Part shown: positions 13,351 through 26,817 of the stretch, in pieces
Position numbering within the stretch: position 1 is the first letter of the stretch
How the letters are laid out: each line of letters starts with the position of its first letter
Assembly: GCF_001949145.1 (NCBI RefSeq)
Contig: NW_019091360.1
Coordinates: 2,850,864-2,914,863, forward strand
Length of the DNA stretch: 64,000 nt
Origin: Acanthaster planci
Lineage: Eukaryota
Direction of reading: 5' to 3'
Made by a program: the position numbers and the translations under genes
Notes under the pieces: generated by a model
What the model saw: only the letters and a program-made list of their open reading frames with translations
Told to the model about the DNA's origin: nothing
Databases searched by the model: none

Positions 13351-15254
13351 TTCACAGAATGATGATCACAAAGATTTAAATGTAACTACTGCAAAGTTTC
13401 CATTGTTTTAGATATGATGTGAAATCAGTCAGTACACACCAACCAAAAAAGCCCTTCCATTTATTTGCCTCGTATACACGATTCTGAACTGTGCCTATGT
13501 AATTAGTGGTAATTGGGTAGTAGATTTTTGGAAATTGTTTGTGACCTTGTTTGTCTTGAAAATGTAATAGTGTAATAATTGGACAGCTATGATACCAATC
13601 TCACATTCTTTATAAAATTGTCTGAGTGTGATGTTTGAGAGAAATATTGCACACACGTACATGTACATACACTGTACATGCATACTGTACATGTGAAGAA
13701 AAATTGGTCTTGTCTGAGAAATTGAGCACACGAAAAACAGGCTTTACATTTTAATGGATCTAAATCCGAACCAGCAGAACTCTATTGAAACCTGAAAGGT
13801 CTAGTATGTGTATGTTCCATGTTCATCCAAAAATCAAGTTTTGGAATTTTCATACTGATGCCAAATGGTCACGTGCACCAAAATAACAGGTACTTTGTTT
13901 TTGTAAATTCAACTGCAAAAATTGTTTCCTTCGTTTCATTAATACTCTCTGTGATTGGTACGAGTACAATGGCCAATCACATGCTACAGGAGATATGTAC
14001 ATGTATGGGACCTCCTTCCGAAACCCAGCCTCTGTGTATGGACACAGTTTAAGGATGCCAGTCGTCAACTGCCAGAACAGGACTTACTATTTATTTCACA
14101 AAATAGAAAGATGGAGGAAGATCATACGATACTAACTGCAGCTGCAGACTCTCATCTGTAATTAATGTGCTTTATCTCATTGAACTACACTTTTATCTTC
14201 CAATTATTTGATATTGTTTTGTTTACCATGGACCACTGATACTGCGGAGTGCAGAGCCAAAGAACGGATGGATGCTTAAAATGCACTTAATCATTAAAAT
14301 TTATTTTACATTTAAATTAAAAACAAAACAAAAAAGCTGACACATGCTTGATGTAGGCCCCTGGACACTGCACGATTAGCATGATCAACTTGAGCAGTTT
14401 GAAAAGAAACAAATGTAGGCCAACATGTTCCGATTAAATGAAAATGCTCAACTGTACTACCAGAAATATGATTTATAATGTCAAGAAGAAATTAAACATC
14501 ATCACGATCAAGACTTTGATGGCTTTTATGAGTACATGTGTATGAATCCATGTGTAAGCAAGCTGTGCATGATGCCACACTCTCGGAAAATTAACCAATC
14601 ATAGTGGGAAATCAAACTTTAATGACCTAAAACCATACCGACTACCCAAGCGGAGAAAATTTTGGTATCAAACAGAAATTTCATCCTTTCGGTGGAAAAA
14701 TGACAGGCTTCAATTTTGTGTATTTCTTGGGAAACGGATGCACAATAGGACCTATAATTCTTACACAAAACATAAGGCAAGATTTATTTTCCAACCTCAC
14801 TGTGATTGGCCATGAATAAAGAAGCAGGTTTTCCTGCCACTTTGAAAGGAATCCTACCGTCATCTCGCATTTTTACTCATGAAATCACATGCTCACAAGA
14901 GCATCGTCCCGTGCAAATGGAAAATTTGCCAGTAAGGCTCATCAGTGGGCAGGCTGTGCACTGACTGAAATCTTTTTAGTCATTACGGTTTTTTGTGATA
15001 CTCGCACAAGGAGAAAAACATGCGATGTACTGCACATGTACCTGGACATTTAATTTTTAGGAACCTACATGTACACGTTGATTTCATAACTATGACGAAT
15101 ACCTAATTAACATAATGATAGGAATTAAATTTTATTCCAACGGTCTGTAATTTCAGGGTGGTTTGGGTATCTTTTTTGGGGGGGTGCGCCAAATTTAATT
15201 CTAAAAGTCATTAGCAGATCCTCGGAGATGGAACTGAATTTCAAGGAGGTAGAT

Positions 15255-16020
15255 TGGTGAAGTAGTGCTCACTTACCCTCCAACCCAGTGACCCAGGTTC
15301 AAATCCCACCCAGGCCAATACGGGTGGAGTGAGGAGTCAGAAACATGCACTGGAGTGAACAAAACCTCTTCAAATTGGCCTGAAAAACTTGTGCTATTAA
15401 TAGAATGAAAAATCTTACTTTTTGACAAGTCCACGAACTCTTGCTCAAAGGGAACATGACATCCTTTCTGCAGGCAAAGAAGAAGATGGTGTCTCTCACC
15501 AACCTGAGGGAGAATCAAAGAAATAATCATTTCATTAATTTTAACTGTGGACAAGTCATAAGCTTGCCTGTAACCTGTGATGGATGCACCTTTGTGGATC
15601 TTTCCAAAGCATAAGCACAAAGATGCTACCTAAATAAACCAGCAATTTTGAGGTGCCAAAAAGTGACATGGCATTCCGACTTTGAAAGGTTATAAAAGAA
15701 AATTTCAAGAGGCACACATGTATTAAAATCACCTTCATCGAGCTGAAACATGAGTTTCATTTATTTGGCAACGTTATTTTGAAAGAAATTCTGCCAAGTA
15801 AATCTATTTTGCCTTATATCATGACAGCACTCGGTGCCTGGACTGGTAAGGAAAGATCCTCCAATCATTAGAAGCAAAAAGGTTACATTTTTATCAACAC
15901 ACAATCCATGTGGTTTGTATCTCCAACACCAAACATAGCAATGGATACTGGTCCATGAACTAGTCCCTAAATATTATTAAGATTGTGCCAATATCATAAT
16001 TTACCATCACCATGAATCAC
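15255..16020 (+). mobile_element. Dispersed repeat with a tRNA-like head (SINE-like), copy 2
   Basis: Head TGGTGAAGTAGT...GACCCAGGTTCAAATCCCACCCAGG has a B-box-like motif; body ggtgtctctcaccaacctgagggagaatcaaagaaa is shared with copies at ~6950-7680 (-), ~33270-33780 (+) and a fragment at ~23380-23465. Confidence 0.6.
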
Positions 16021-16029
16021 CTAATCGTA

Positions 16030-16435
16030 CCTAATATATCTTTTTTAGATGAAATTTTACAGACCTAACAATGTTTTTAAGATTCGAATGAATTTTTTTG
16101 ACCCAACATGTTTTTAAGAATCGAATAAAGTTTTTTAGACCTAATATATGTTTAAGATTTGAGTAAATTCTTTCAGACCTAACATGTTTTTGAAATCCGA
16201 ATAAAATTTGACAGACCTAACGTTTTCCAGATTCGAATGCATTTTCTCCGACAATAAACAGCCGAAGGTTTCAAGTTCTGCACCAGCATTTCATCTGAAT
16301 TCAGAAAGCATCCGAATTTCGAAAGCATCCGACTTTAAAAAGCATCCGAATTTCGAAAGCATCCGACTTTAAAAAGTATCCGAATATTGAAAAAGCATCG
16401 GAATTGAGAAAGCATCCGAATTTCGAAAGTATCCT
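16030..16435. repeat. Two adjacent tandem arrays: ~38-bp (AGACCTAACATGTTTTTAAGATTCGAAT...) then 17-bp (GAAAGCATCCGAATTTC)
   Basis: gacctaa/acccaa recurs about every 38 bp over 16030-16240; aagcatccga recurs about every 17 bp over 16303-16432. Confidence 0.85.
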
Positions 16436-16478
16436 ATCCTTTTGACGGTGTTCGGCCTGATGGTACCCGAAGTTCCAA

Positions 16479-17824
16479 ATCTTTTTCGACGATTCGGCTG
16501 TGTTCGGTATGCGCATGCGCAGTCAAACTGAAAATTAATCCCACTCCTTTAAACAATCGAGCAGTCAGTGCTATAAGCCCCAAATTTCCAATAAAGTCAA
16601 GCGACTACATACATACATTGATGGCACGGATGTTTTGCTGGTCTGGACGCCCGTGAGTGCGAGCCACAGTGCGCCCCAGGCATGTACAGTGTATGTTCAT
16701 GCCCCTCACTTAGTTTCTGCGCATCCGTACTGAATCCCACTGTAGCCCGAAGCCTGTTAAATGGCCCTTAACTCGGACAGGTGGACCCCAAAAGTAATCG
16801 ATCAGCATCCAGCTCAGAAAAAGTTGTTTGCCCCTTATTTCCATACCGATTAGTATTTCAACACTCAAAGTCCCTTTTGATAACTTGCACACGATAAAAA
16901 TCCATGTTCTGCCACATCTTTCTTCCATACCTCCAAAGTACTAGAGTCGGAAGTTGGAAGTGAAGCCAACATTTTAGAGGGGATTTTTTCAGTTTTGCCA
17001 AGTTTTCCCTGACATTTCTCTAGTTGTGAATAGTGAGGAATATCATGAACGCTCTAATGAGAAAGTGTCATACAAGGAGGAAACTGTATGGATGATAATG
17101 GAAAGTTTTTGTTTGTGCCTGTTAGTCGGGCAATTCGACGTGATTGTACATATTCATGCGATGCAATAGGCCAACTCGTACCCAAATACACTCGTATCCA
17201 GGTCTGCGTAGGTACGCGCTTGCACCATGCCCAAAATCCGGGAATCTCATTTTTGACCGTAGCCAAACTCGTGTGGAAATTTGAATCCGCATGGAAAATA
17301 AAATGCATTTCAGACAAATGGCTCTCGATCTTGAAAAAAATTAACTGATAGATACAAAACAGTTATCAGTCTTCCAGACAGTTATACCGGTGATTTTTTA
17401 ATGATTATACTTTGTCGGAAAATTGACGTTTTCCACTTTCTTTGATTTTCTTCCGCCGAGTTTTTGCACCAGATGCTATTACATATCACCCTTTGATAAA
17501 ATCTTGGCAATTTATTCACACACGAGGTCTTCAATGGAAATGACAATACAATCCCCCACATGGGTCACCACAGATATACGTCGTCTGCTAGAATAATTTT
17601 TCAGGCCGACGACCATTATGTCACTATTGCGCATGAGCGAATACACAAACTAAGTGAGGGGCATGAACATACACTGTACATGCCTGGGGCGTGCTGTGGC
17701 TCGCACTCATGGGCGTCCAGACCAGCAAAACATCCGTGCCATCAATGTATGTATGTAGTCGCTTGACTTTATTGGAAATTTGGGGCTTATAGCATACCGA
17801 ACACAGCCGAATCGTCAAAAAAGA
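16479..17824. mobile_element. Non-autonomous element with long (~180-235 bp) terminal inverted repeats
   Basis: 16569-16716 is the near-exact reverse complement of 17647-17794, and 16479-16512 of 17792-17824; the right arm lacks ~57 bp present in the left. No coding capacity inside. Confidence 0.85.
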
Positions 17825-19394
17825 CTCTAATTCTGCTTCATAGTCGAGGGGCCTTTAGAACAACTCTGGATTACCATTCAAAAACAATGTTTGCCTTGCA
17901 CACTAATTTTAAAAACAGTAATTTAAAGGTACCCCTAACGGTCCTCATTTACTCCTCAATCCTCCAACAGGTGAAGGACTGAGGACAATTGGGGTTAACG
18001 TCAACTTTCCTTAAATAAATATAATTAAATCTCAGGGGAATGAATAGAAGCTGGAGGTATCCAGATTTTGAGTTCAGCAAGCTTCCTGATTTTTTGCTAT
18101 AATTTAGTCTGATCTGCACATTCATTTACAATATTTCCTTGGAACTAACTCTTCTTGGCTGAATAATCAACACATTTTTCTCCTTTGTCATTTTACAGGT
18201 GTATTTCTTTAGTCAAGATGTCATTTTAATTAGCTTTTATACTGTTCTTAATACCGAAAGATATCCACCCTAGTCACATACTAACAAACAAGACACGCTG
18301 TCTATAGCAAATTCTTAGCTGTTCGGGCATCGGTTGAAATGTCTTCCTCCCCTTCAAATCCCGCAGGATTACGTCATCTTTTTCCATACACGATTTTTGG
18401 ACTAGTTATACAATCCCAATTCCCTTCAAATTTGGTTTAGAAAACAGACACCAAAGTGAGCAAAACGTCTTGTAATTGGCTCCAAAAAACTAATGGGTCT
18501 GGGCAACTGATGTGTTTCAGTAGTTGTGGTAACTTCTATTAAATACATGTAGTTGCAACTAGTCAACTAGTCGTGGAACCAACGATAACGGTTTTGGTAC
18601 AATATGGAACATTTGTGGGTCTGTGCTTGCATAACAACTAGGAATGAATCTAGGACAGTGTCATACTCAATGCTCGTGTTCTGGTACTTCTCCACTTTTG
18701 TTTGGGTGGATGGAGTTCAGTGTTCTAGCTAGGACCATTTTAGTGCTGGGTAAATGTTTGGATTGCAAAACGTAGCTGGACTGGATGTGCATCCTCTACT
18801 GATACCGCTGGTCTTGAGCCAAGACTACAAACACATGCACACTGCCTCTGGAAGGCTACATGTACATTACACTGTATATCCCATAATTTCAATGCTACAA
18901 TCCTGGACAAATCTCGTTGGAACATGCCTCCCCCTCGCCCCTTGTCATTGTCATTTCTCATTGGGTAAGTTGGGCTTAATCTTGGTCCAATAAATAACCG
19001 CAACATTGAATGGTGGAGAGGGGGATCTTTTCACCGCGCTTCCCACAAGGTGTTTCAACTATTTTGTCAAGGATTGTAGCTAGACGTGGCTAGGACACTG
19101 ATGGAGTTTATTCTTTTCAAAAGAAATATGAGGCCATTTTGCGAGATCAAACAGCCATTACCCTGACATGATCAGTCAAATGACTCCATGATCCTCACTT
19201 CTTACAATTTTTTAAATGCTTGCTTGAATGCTTACATCAACAGGCTGTCCTGCAAAGGTTGGAACCAAGAAAGACTGTGTGAAGTTTTGTCTGAACACTG
19301 TGACACAAATGCTTGTGAACGCATGCACAGAGTAGGTTTGGTAACCTGCATCCGCCCATTTTCACCTCACATTTACACTTTCAGCGCCCATGGA

Positions 19395-19642
19395 TATTCA
19401 ATAATGCCCAACGTTTTGGGTTTTTGGAAATTCTGCGCTTTCACTATAGATGCTAACATCGGGAGAATGATCGGTTTCTCCATTACCCTTAGCTTTATTT
19501 TTGTCTTTATCACCTGACTCATAATCTTGGTCTGATGATTTATCATTTGAACCAAAAAATAATCCTTTTCACTGTCCGAATCAGCAAAATGGTCACGAAC
19601 TTCCTCTTCAGAAAACCACACACGTTTACTGGAGGCTGCCAT
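19395..19642 (-). pseudogene. Possible acidic N-terminal fragment of a DNA transposase (piggyBac-like)
   Basis: MAASSKRVWFSEEEVRDHFADSDSEKDYF, then after a frameshift GSNDKSSDQDYESGDKD; resembles the acidic N-termini of piggyBac-type transposases. No catalytic domain is visible. Confidence 0.3.
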
Positions 19643-20454
19643 CTTCACGACAATGTGCCCCCTCTTTGGAACCAAAATAAGTAAATGAAAAAAAGGACAC
19701 ACATGAAAAAAAATCCACACAGACATCGACTGATACGCCCTCTTGCGATAGGTTTTGATCATACAAGTACATGTACGATCATTGGCATTTTTACAGGAAA
19801 TATCAAGAACCCCAAGATCATACATGTACGTATTTGGCATTGAAAGTGTAAAATATTCGAGCTTTGTCTTGCGTGGTCATTCCTAGTCTATGTACACGTG
19901 TAACAGATGCTTGCTTGCAGATGAGCCTCTGTTATATTAGTGCAGATTCAACAATTGTACCAGACAACCCCATACTGCCTCTTCCCCCCCCCCCCCCGAT
20001 CTTGACCAATCAACAGTCTACTCCTGTATCTTCAACTGGAAGACATAGCAGAAGCAGGTATATTTAGTCAGGTACCGGGTTGGAGTTGATGACTGGTAAA
20101 ATTGTATTTGTTTAGCTTTCCACTCTCTGTGTTAGGCTGAATCTGCTTGGTCACCATGGCTTGAAGCAGCCCAGACATGGGGACTGAGGGGCATGGTACA
20201 ATTCCTAAAGAAGCAGATCAAGCGAGCGATATCGCAGAAAGACTCGCCAAAGACAGAAAGGTGCAAACCGAAATCAGAGATACATGTATACCCATCAGAG
20301 AATTCAGGAGCTCAGACGAAGTGTAAAGAACAACAAGAGGTGCTCAAACATTAAACTAAGCTAGAATAACCGAGTTAGAAACTGAGATATCACAACTCAA
20401 AAATGAACCTTACACGTCGATGTGAGTATTTTAGATTCAATTGAATTGATAATG

Positions 20455-21075
20455 CCGATGTCAGAATTAGAGGAAGATAATACAACCTTGTTGTTTGACT
20501 TAATAAACGTTTGTGTCAGAATTAGAGGAAGATAATACGACAANNNNNNNNNNNNNNNNNNNNNNNNNNNNNNNNNNNNNNNNNNNNNNNNNNNNNNNNN
20601 NNNNNNNNNNNNNNNNNNNNNNNNNNNNNNNNNNNNNNNNNNNNNNNNNNNNNNNNNNNNNNNNNNNNNNNNNNNNNNNNNNNNNNNNNNNNNNNNNNNN
20701 NNNNNNNNNNNNNNNNNNNNNNNNNNNNNNNNNNNNNNNNNNNNNNNNNNNNNNNNNNNNNNNNNNNNNNNNNNNNNNNNNNNNNNNNNNNNNNNNNNNN
20801 NNNNNNNNNNNNNNNNNNNNNNNNNNNNNNNNNNNNNNNNNNNNNNNNNNNNNNNNNNNNNNNNNNNNNNNNNNNNNNNNNNNNNNNNNNNNNNNNNNNN
20901 NNNNNNNNNNNNNNNNNNNNNNNNNNNNNNNNNNNNNNNNNNNNNNNNNNNNNNNNNNNNNNNNNNNNNNNNNNNNNNNNNNNNNNNNNNNNNNNNNNNN
21001 NNNNNNNNNNNNNCGACTGTGTCAGAATTAGAGGAAGCTAATACGACAACCTTGTTTGGTGACTTAATAAACGAT
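20455..21075. repeat. ~55-58-bp tandem repeat spanning a gap
   Basis: TCAGAATTAGAGGAAG(A/C)TAATAC at 20461, 20516 and 21022, on both sides of the N run. Confidence 0.8.
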
Positions 21076-21353
21076 TATATTCGAGCTTATGAGGCAGGAA
21101 AGACCTTGAACTAGAAAAACTCACCAGAGAAGAGACAATTTTGAGAGAAAAATCTCAAGAAGCAGGACTTTCTACACAGCAAGAAAACATGGTTCATTTC
21201 TAATAATGACTTTACAAAAAAGGGAATACTACTAGGGAAACACGCCACATTATGCTCAAATTTACTCAAGAAGGATTTCTAGAAGATAATTCCGACGAAT
21301 GAACGAGATTAATTAGAAGCGCTCAATCTGAACCCGGAGATGCTCTTTTAGTT

Positions 21354-21884
21354 ATGGGTTCTAATCGTTTAATCATGCAACAGCTCCACACGGGGGAAAC
21401 ATCAGAGAATTTTCTGCAGCCTGGAGAGCGTGGTAGCATCGTTATTCCTCCGGGATTTTATGATGTCAATTGGTTCAAATTCATTTTAAATGCAATTCTG
21501 GGAGTAAGTTTTAAGTGCATCGAGACTCAAATTTAGTTACAATTATGGTGACAGGCTTAAATCTTAGATTGCTGTTGGGTAAAGAAGTCCGTAAATTGCT
21601 CAATTTACCTAAACGTAGGCTAGTTCCAAATATTATTTACAAATGGAAAATAAAAGTAAAAATTTCGATGAGCTTTGGATACACTGTCGCGAGTTAACCA
21701 CATCTCATACATATAATTATTATAATGGACAGACTTCAGACATGTTGTGTTCTATTACAGATCCAAGCGATATGGCAAAATAGCTTAAAAAACAAAAAAA
21801 ATAACAAGTTTTAATTTTTCGGTGAGAAACAATAGGGGAGAATTGATTAATAACAAGGGCCCTGAAATTCTGTTTGAGTTTTAA
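21354..21884 (+). pseudogene. Polinton/adintovirus-like minor capsid (penton) pseudogene
   Basis: Frameshifted pieces IVIPPGFYDV, LLLGKEVRKLLNL, FDELWIHCRELTTS, YNGQTSDMLCSI and FSVRNNRGELINNKGPEILFEF* follow the motif order I recall for Polinton-type single-jelly-roll pentons. Confidence 0.6.
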
Positions 21885-21912
21885 GGCATTACTCTCTCTG
21901 CTGGTTTTTTAG

Positions 21913-22555
21913 GGAAGTGAAGCAGAGTGTGAAGAAAGAGAGAGACAGGAAGAGACACCGCAAGACCAAACAAAGCTTTACAGACTGAAAAAGTTTGAAG
22001 ACATCAAAGCGCAGATTTTGGCAGAAAGAGACGTGAGAGAAACCACATACAAAAAAATCAAGCGACTATTGACCGCGCTTAGCTACGTGGAATATGGAGA
22101 TGAAACATTCGGTATTACGGCAGCTGCTGTACATGTAGGCATACCCGCCATGTTGGGTGCGGCGTCGCCACGTGTGGGTTTATTGGTAGAAGGTCTTGCC
22201 ATCGGTGCCTTTGTTGCATATGCTTTGTTGAAATACAGCAGTAAACAGTTGCTTAAAAAGTCGAAAAAAACACGACCAAATTGGAGTGCTGGCGACGTTA
22301 AACTAAACAAGATTGATGATGAATATGTATCTCAAGCCATTAATAACGGTGATATTTCTCACAAAGAATTTGTGTTGGTTACTTCTGAGGTCCAAAAAGT
22401 TAACCAACTCCAAAGAAAAAATCAGATCACGAGTAGATACTAAACTCCAGAGAGATAAAAATAATCAGTCTAACGACCAAGAAGTCAAGGAACAAGAGAA
22501 AAGTTTGACAAGGAAAAAAACAGAGCTGATGGTAAACCTAATGAGTTATATGTAG
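21913..22555 (+). pseudogene. Polinton/adintovirus-associated two-TM coiled-coil protein ('gasderminX'-like) pseudogene
   Basis: Reconstructed YRLKKFEDIKAQILAERDVRETTYKKIKR, a Gly/Ala-rich double hydrophobic segment, then KKHDQIGVLA..KLNKID.EYVSQAINNGDISHKEFVLVTSEVQK..QL.EKIR with short frameshifts at poly-A runs. Confidence 0.7.
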
Positions 22556-23135
22556 CTCAAAAACGCAGAGGTTGGTCGTTTGATATCATAAAACACGTTG
22601 ACGGGTTTGTCATCAGTTACATCAAGCAACCCCAAAAACCACCTCCAAAATACGAGGTGAGTGAAGAGAAGGAGGTTGCTAATTTAAATGCTGCTGCTAG
22701 CTCCCCAATTCTCGAATAAATTCCTGAGTTACTGCAAATTCTTGAGTTATTCCCCCATTTTACATTGAAACGGGGGAAATTTTTTGTTTGGGTTGGCTGG
22801 TTGTTGTGTTTTTGGTGTGAGTTTGTCAGTTTGTGAGTAAGGGTCAGGTAGCCTAGTCCTATAGATGCCCAACTCTTACTCACCAACTCACCAACAGTGA
22901 TATTCTACCACAGCAACCACAGAGACCCCCACGAGGGCGCCAAAGGCGGGTGTTGGAACGAGTTTGCCGGTTTGTAGCGAGCGCAGCGAGAGAGTCCGGA
23001 GATGAAAGGGTGGTGAGTGATATTTACACCTTTTTGAAGGGGGTCGGGTAGGTACCCAGGAAAAGGCTCGGGTAGGTGCCCAACCCGGTTTTGGTCCAGA
23101 ATGCCCGTAACATATATTACTAACGTAATTTTAGT

Positions 23136-24010
23136 TGCAGGGCAGTTTATAAGTGTTGACGCCCAAAATGCCAGTCGCTGCTGAACGTCAAGTCAACATT
23201 CTGAAAATTGATGGTCATGACTTCCAAAACCTGTTCGCATTGGCGAAGAGGCAACTAACGATAGCCGCACTAGTCTCCATGCCTAGTGGCATTACTACAA
23301 AATATCGTACCTTTTTAACAAGGCTAAGAACTCTTCTCCAAGATCGACAGCAAACACGTTCTGGGAGCATCCATGCAGGCAGTTCTTCTCATCAGCCTGA
23401 GGGAGAATCAAAGAAACAATCAAAACAGTTATTTAAATTTGACAGTGGACAAGAAGTCTAATTTCTTTTCACTTTCGGACAACGAGTGCAAGTGTACTGC
23501 ACGCCTTTTTATAATACACAATGCCTTAGTACATGTACATCCTGGGTATCAAGCTACTGTAGATGTAGGCTTTTAGCTCACTCTTGGTCGAAATGTCAAA
23601 TCTCAAATATTCTTGTCATACAAGTCTTCAATTGTCTCTTTTCTTCAGAACATGTCTCAAGAAGCCAACTATAAAACCAAAGGATCTTGTGAACTCGTCA
23701 GGTCCTTATCAACTCAAACTCAAAGGGTAGAGTTTGCTTGCAAAAAGCAGACATCCCAAATCTCAAGAAAGATGAAGAACCGTACACACTGAACACACTG
23801 AAAAAAATGACAAATTCTCTTTGGAAAGGGTGAGACAAATCTGTGTACATGTAACTGAAGGTTTATTTTTGTTGTTATTACAGTGTTAGTCACAGGGCAG
23901 TTAATCAGTGTTGACACCTGAAATGCTAGTGGCTGCCCTAGTCAAAAAACTGAAAATAGATGGTCTTGACTACCAAACCTTTTGGCACTGGTCAATAGGC
24001 AACTAGCATA
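23136..24010 (+). repeat. Diverged ~125-bp direct repeat pair (23136-23260 and 23891-24010)
   Basis: cagggcagtt..agtgttgac..aaatgc.agt.gctgc...ctgaaaat.gatggtc.tgact.ccaaa...aggcaacta at both sites. Confidence 0.7.
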
Positions 24011-25466
24011 CTAGCCTCCCATGACCAAATCTACCCATCTTGATGTTTTACTAGCAACAAGTACATCAACTAGAATTCAGTCATTGCATTTAGGGTGAAA
24101 TACAAACGTGTATGTTAGCAATTGTTGTGTTTTGAAAGAGGGTCACATTTTCTTCCGTACCTCATACAGGAAAATGTCTGTCCCTCACAACCGAATTCAT
24201 CCAAAGTTTCAGCTTTCCTGTATAAAATTGATTTCATTCCTAGTAAAGTAGAGTTTGAACATTAATGTTGTAATTTACCGGTACCTTGACCAAAGTTTAG
24301 AAGGTTTCCATGTTAATGTCAGGAAATGAAAAAATGTATATTTTGTGTGGGTTATCTTGCATTTCTTCTGCTCCCCTTGTTCCAAGGATATTTTCCAACC
24401 TTATGCAACCTGAATGGAACCATCTGTGGTATGCAATGGTGGAGGAGGTCATAATATTTACCTCACTTGCTAATCCAGTCCATTGTTTTAGGGGAACTTC
24501 CCCACAGTCCTGACCAAGTGTTTTTAGAAACAGAATGTCACTTTCCATTGTTTGGGAGATTAATCAAATTGGAGGTTGCAGGTTGTTGGAACCTGGGAAA
24601 AATCTGCTGATCAGCAGAGTTACACAATGAACCTTCAAAGATTTGACCAATGGGGAAGCTTATATGCAAATCAAACTTTGAGGACGGTTTGGTCAAACCT
24701 CCGAAGGCCATTCTCTGAAGAGATTTGAAAGACAAGCATTGTTTATCTGCCTCTGCGGTTGAAAAAAGAGAACTGTGTTTTGTGTTTTTTACTTAACGGT
24801 TGAATATAATCCCCTAAGTTTTTTGTAAAACATAATTGCCTTGTCAAGTGCCGATTGTAGCCCCCGATCCCACCGCCTTGAGCTTGTTAGTTTCGGTGGC
24901 CCAAACACGGATAGTTGTAAACAAGGTGTGCTGCATCAATCAAGGGGACAGAAATAATCAGCCAATGACAATACCACATGTATTCCATCCGGGGATTTAC
25001 TGCTTCATTGGCTTGCCTTTTATGGAAGATGGGGGTGTGTTTATTTGGTGAAATCGAACAGTGGTTAATGCGCACGCAGCCTGTGGGCCCCATCTCGAAT
25101 GCGCATGTTGCCTACTTGATTCTGACTAGACTTTATTACAAGTCTCTTACGTGTAGAAGGAAAACGACGCTCCGATTGGGGTTTGCAGCTTTCGCGTGGG
25201 GCTGCGGCATGCAGACTTGGACTACAGCAAAATACATGTACATGTATGAAGAGATATAACGTGTTGAAGCAAGTCTAGAGTGGCAAGCCGTGTGCTTTGT
25301 TTTGGCGGTCGATGGACCAAGCTATGTGGCTGCCTAAAGTCAGACATGAGCAGTGTTCTAGCTAGGACTATTTTAGTGCCGGGTAAATTTTTGGATTGTG
25401 AAGCATAGTGAGCGCAGTTCTCAATGCTTTCTAATGCTTGAAATACTTTCGAATTGGTACGTTTAT

Positions 25467-26472
25467 CAGAGATGCCAAATTTTCAAAATGAAAAAGTATA
25501 AACCTATAGCACTTCCAGTTCTGGTTTCCCGACCGACTTTGTTTTTTGGGCATGACCCTAGAACTTTCATCGGCAAATTAGAAAAAAAAAGTTTAAAAAA
25601 ATCCTGTCATCTTTTCTTTCAAAACCAACACCTGTCAACAACTTCTCTTCATGTCAAAACACTTGTATTTACCTGACTAGCATTTGTGTAAGTGTGAATT
25701 GTAATTTATTGTTGATTTATATTTTCACATTAACTCTGGTAAGTTTTTGTTTTGATCATTTTTGGGCAATTTTTGGCAATTTTCGTCCCATTCAATCAGC
25801 AGTGCACAAAACAATTGTCAAAGAATCCTTACCTACATGTATACCGACCCTATTGAATCGGAAGCAGCGCTATATTTTCTTGGCCTAACTAATGTGCTTC
25901 TTGGTGTCGTACAGTAAGATCCAGCGTGGGCAATGTTTACCATGTTTACATGTGTTGCAAAACACGTAAGCTTCTCCATGACAAGACTCTGCAATAAAGG
26001 CCCATTTTTGTGGTGTATTCATCCCTGAACTTCTGCTCACTTGTTGCCACGGTGCAAAACAAGTCCAAGAATCAAATCCTCCACAGTCCTCCACTCTGCG
26101 GTCAACTTTAGCACTATAATAATGTTCTACACATGTGTGTATTCAAGATATTGGTACATGTACATGTACAATGCACACAATCACGTCGCAATCCTGCCTA
26201 TTTGCCCCCAGTTCATCATAGCGTTAATTGGGGCAAACGGATGATTCAACCACGCTGGTTTCTACCGCTACTCACTCAGCTTGTATGCACAAACTGCAGG
26301 ATGCCAGTGACACATTTCTGACGCACGCAATTAAAAGGCCGGCTTCGTGCTAACAGTAGCTTGTATGGTTTTGTACGTTCGAGTTGGATATCATAAAAAT
26401 CTTGGTCTGGATCGTAAACGGACTAAACAAACTGTACGAATTAGGCCTAAGTCGCACAAGTTGGCATCTCTG
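25467..26472. mobile_element. Possible hAT-type non-autonomous element
   Basis: Perfect 12-bp inverted termini CAGAGATGCCAA...TTGGCATCTCTG; no convincing 8-bp target-site duplication. Confidence 0.45.
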
Positions 26473-26817
26473 CATTTTCAGCAATATTTCAGTTCTTTTT
26501 TTCTAATATCTGTGCCAGGCGGCACAGCCAATTTGAACCTTAGAGCTGGGCGGAAATTTGTAGTACTGGGTGGTGCCGCCCAGCGCTGCCCACCGTGGCT
26601 AGACACGAGCTCTTATTCCTTCATGAGTCAGATAAGTTTCCAGAAGTTCATGCAATTAGACATAGACAAACACATTTTATTGCCAACTTCGCAAATTCAA
26701 TGATTTTACAAGGACACAATAATGGCAGGCACAGAAAACCTCGGAACCGGGTATTTATGGGGAACCAGAACCGGTTCCGTAAACGATTGAACCGCCCAAG
26801 CTTACATCGCACTGGTG

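Noticed and set aside
24290..24760. Minus-strand exon or pseudogene
   Set aside because: An acceptor-like site exists but the frames are interrupted and no motif is recognisable.
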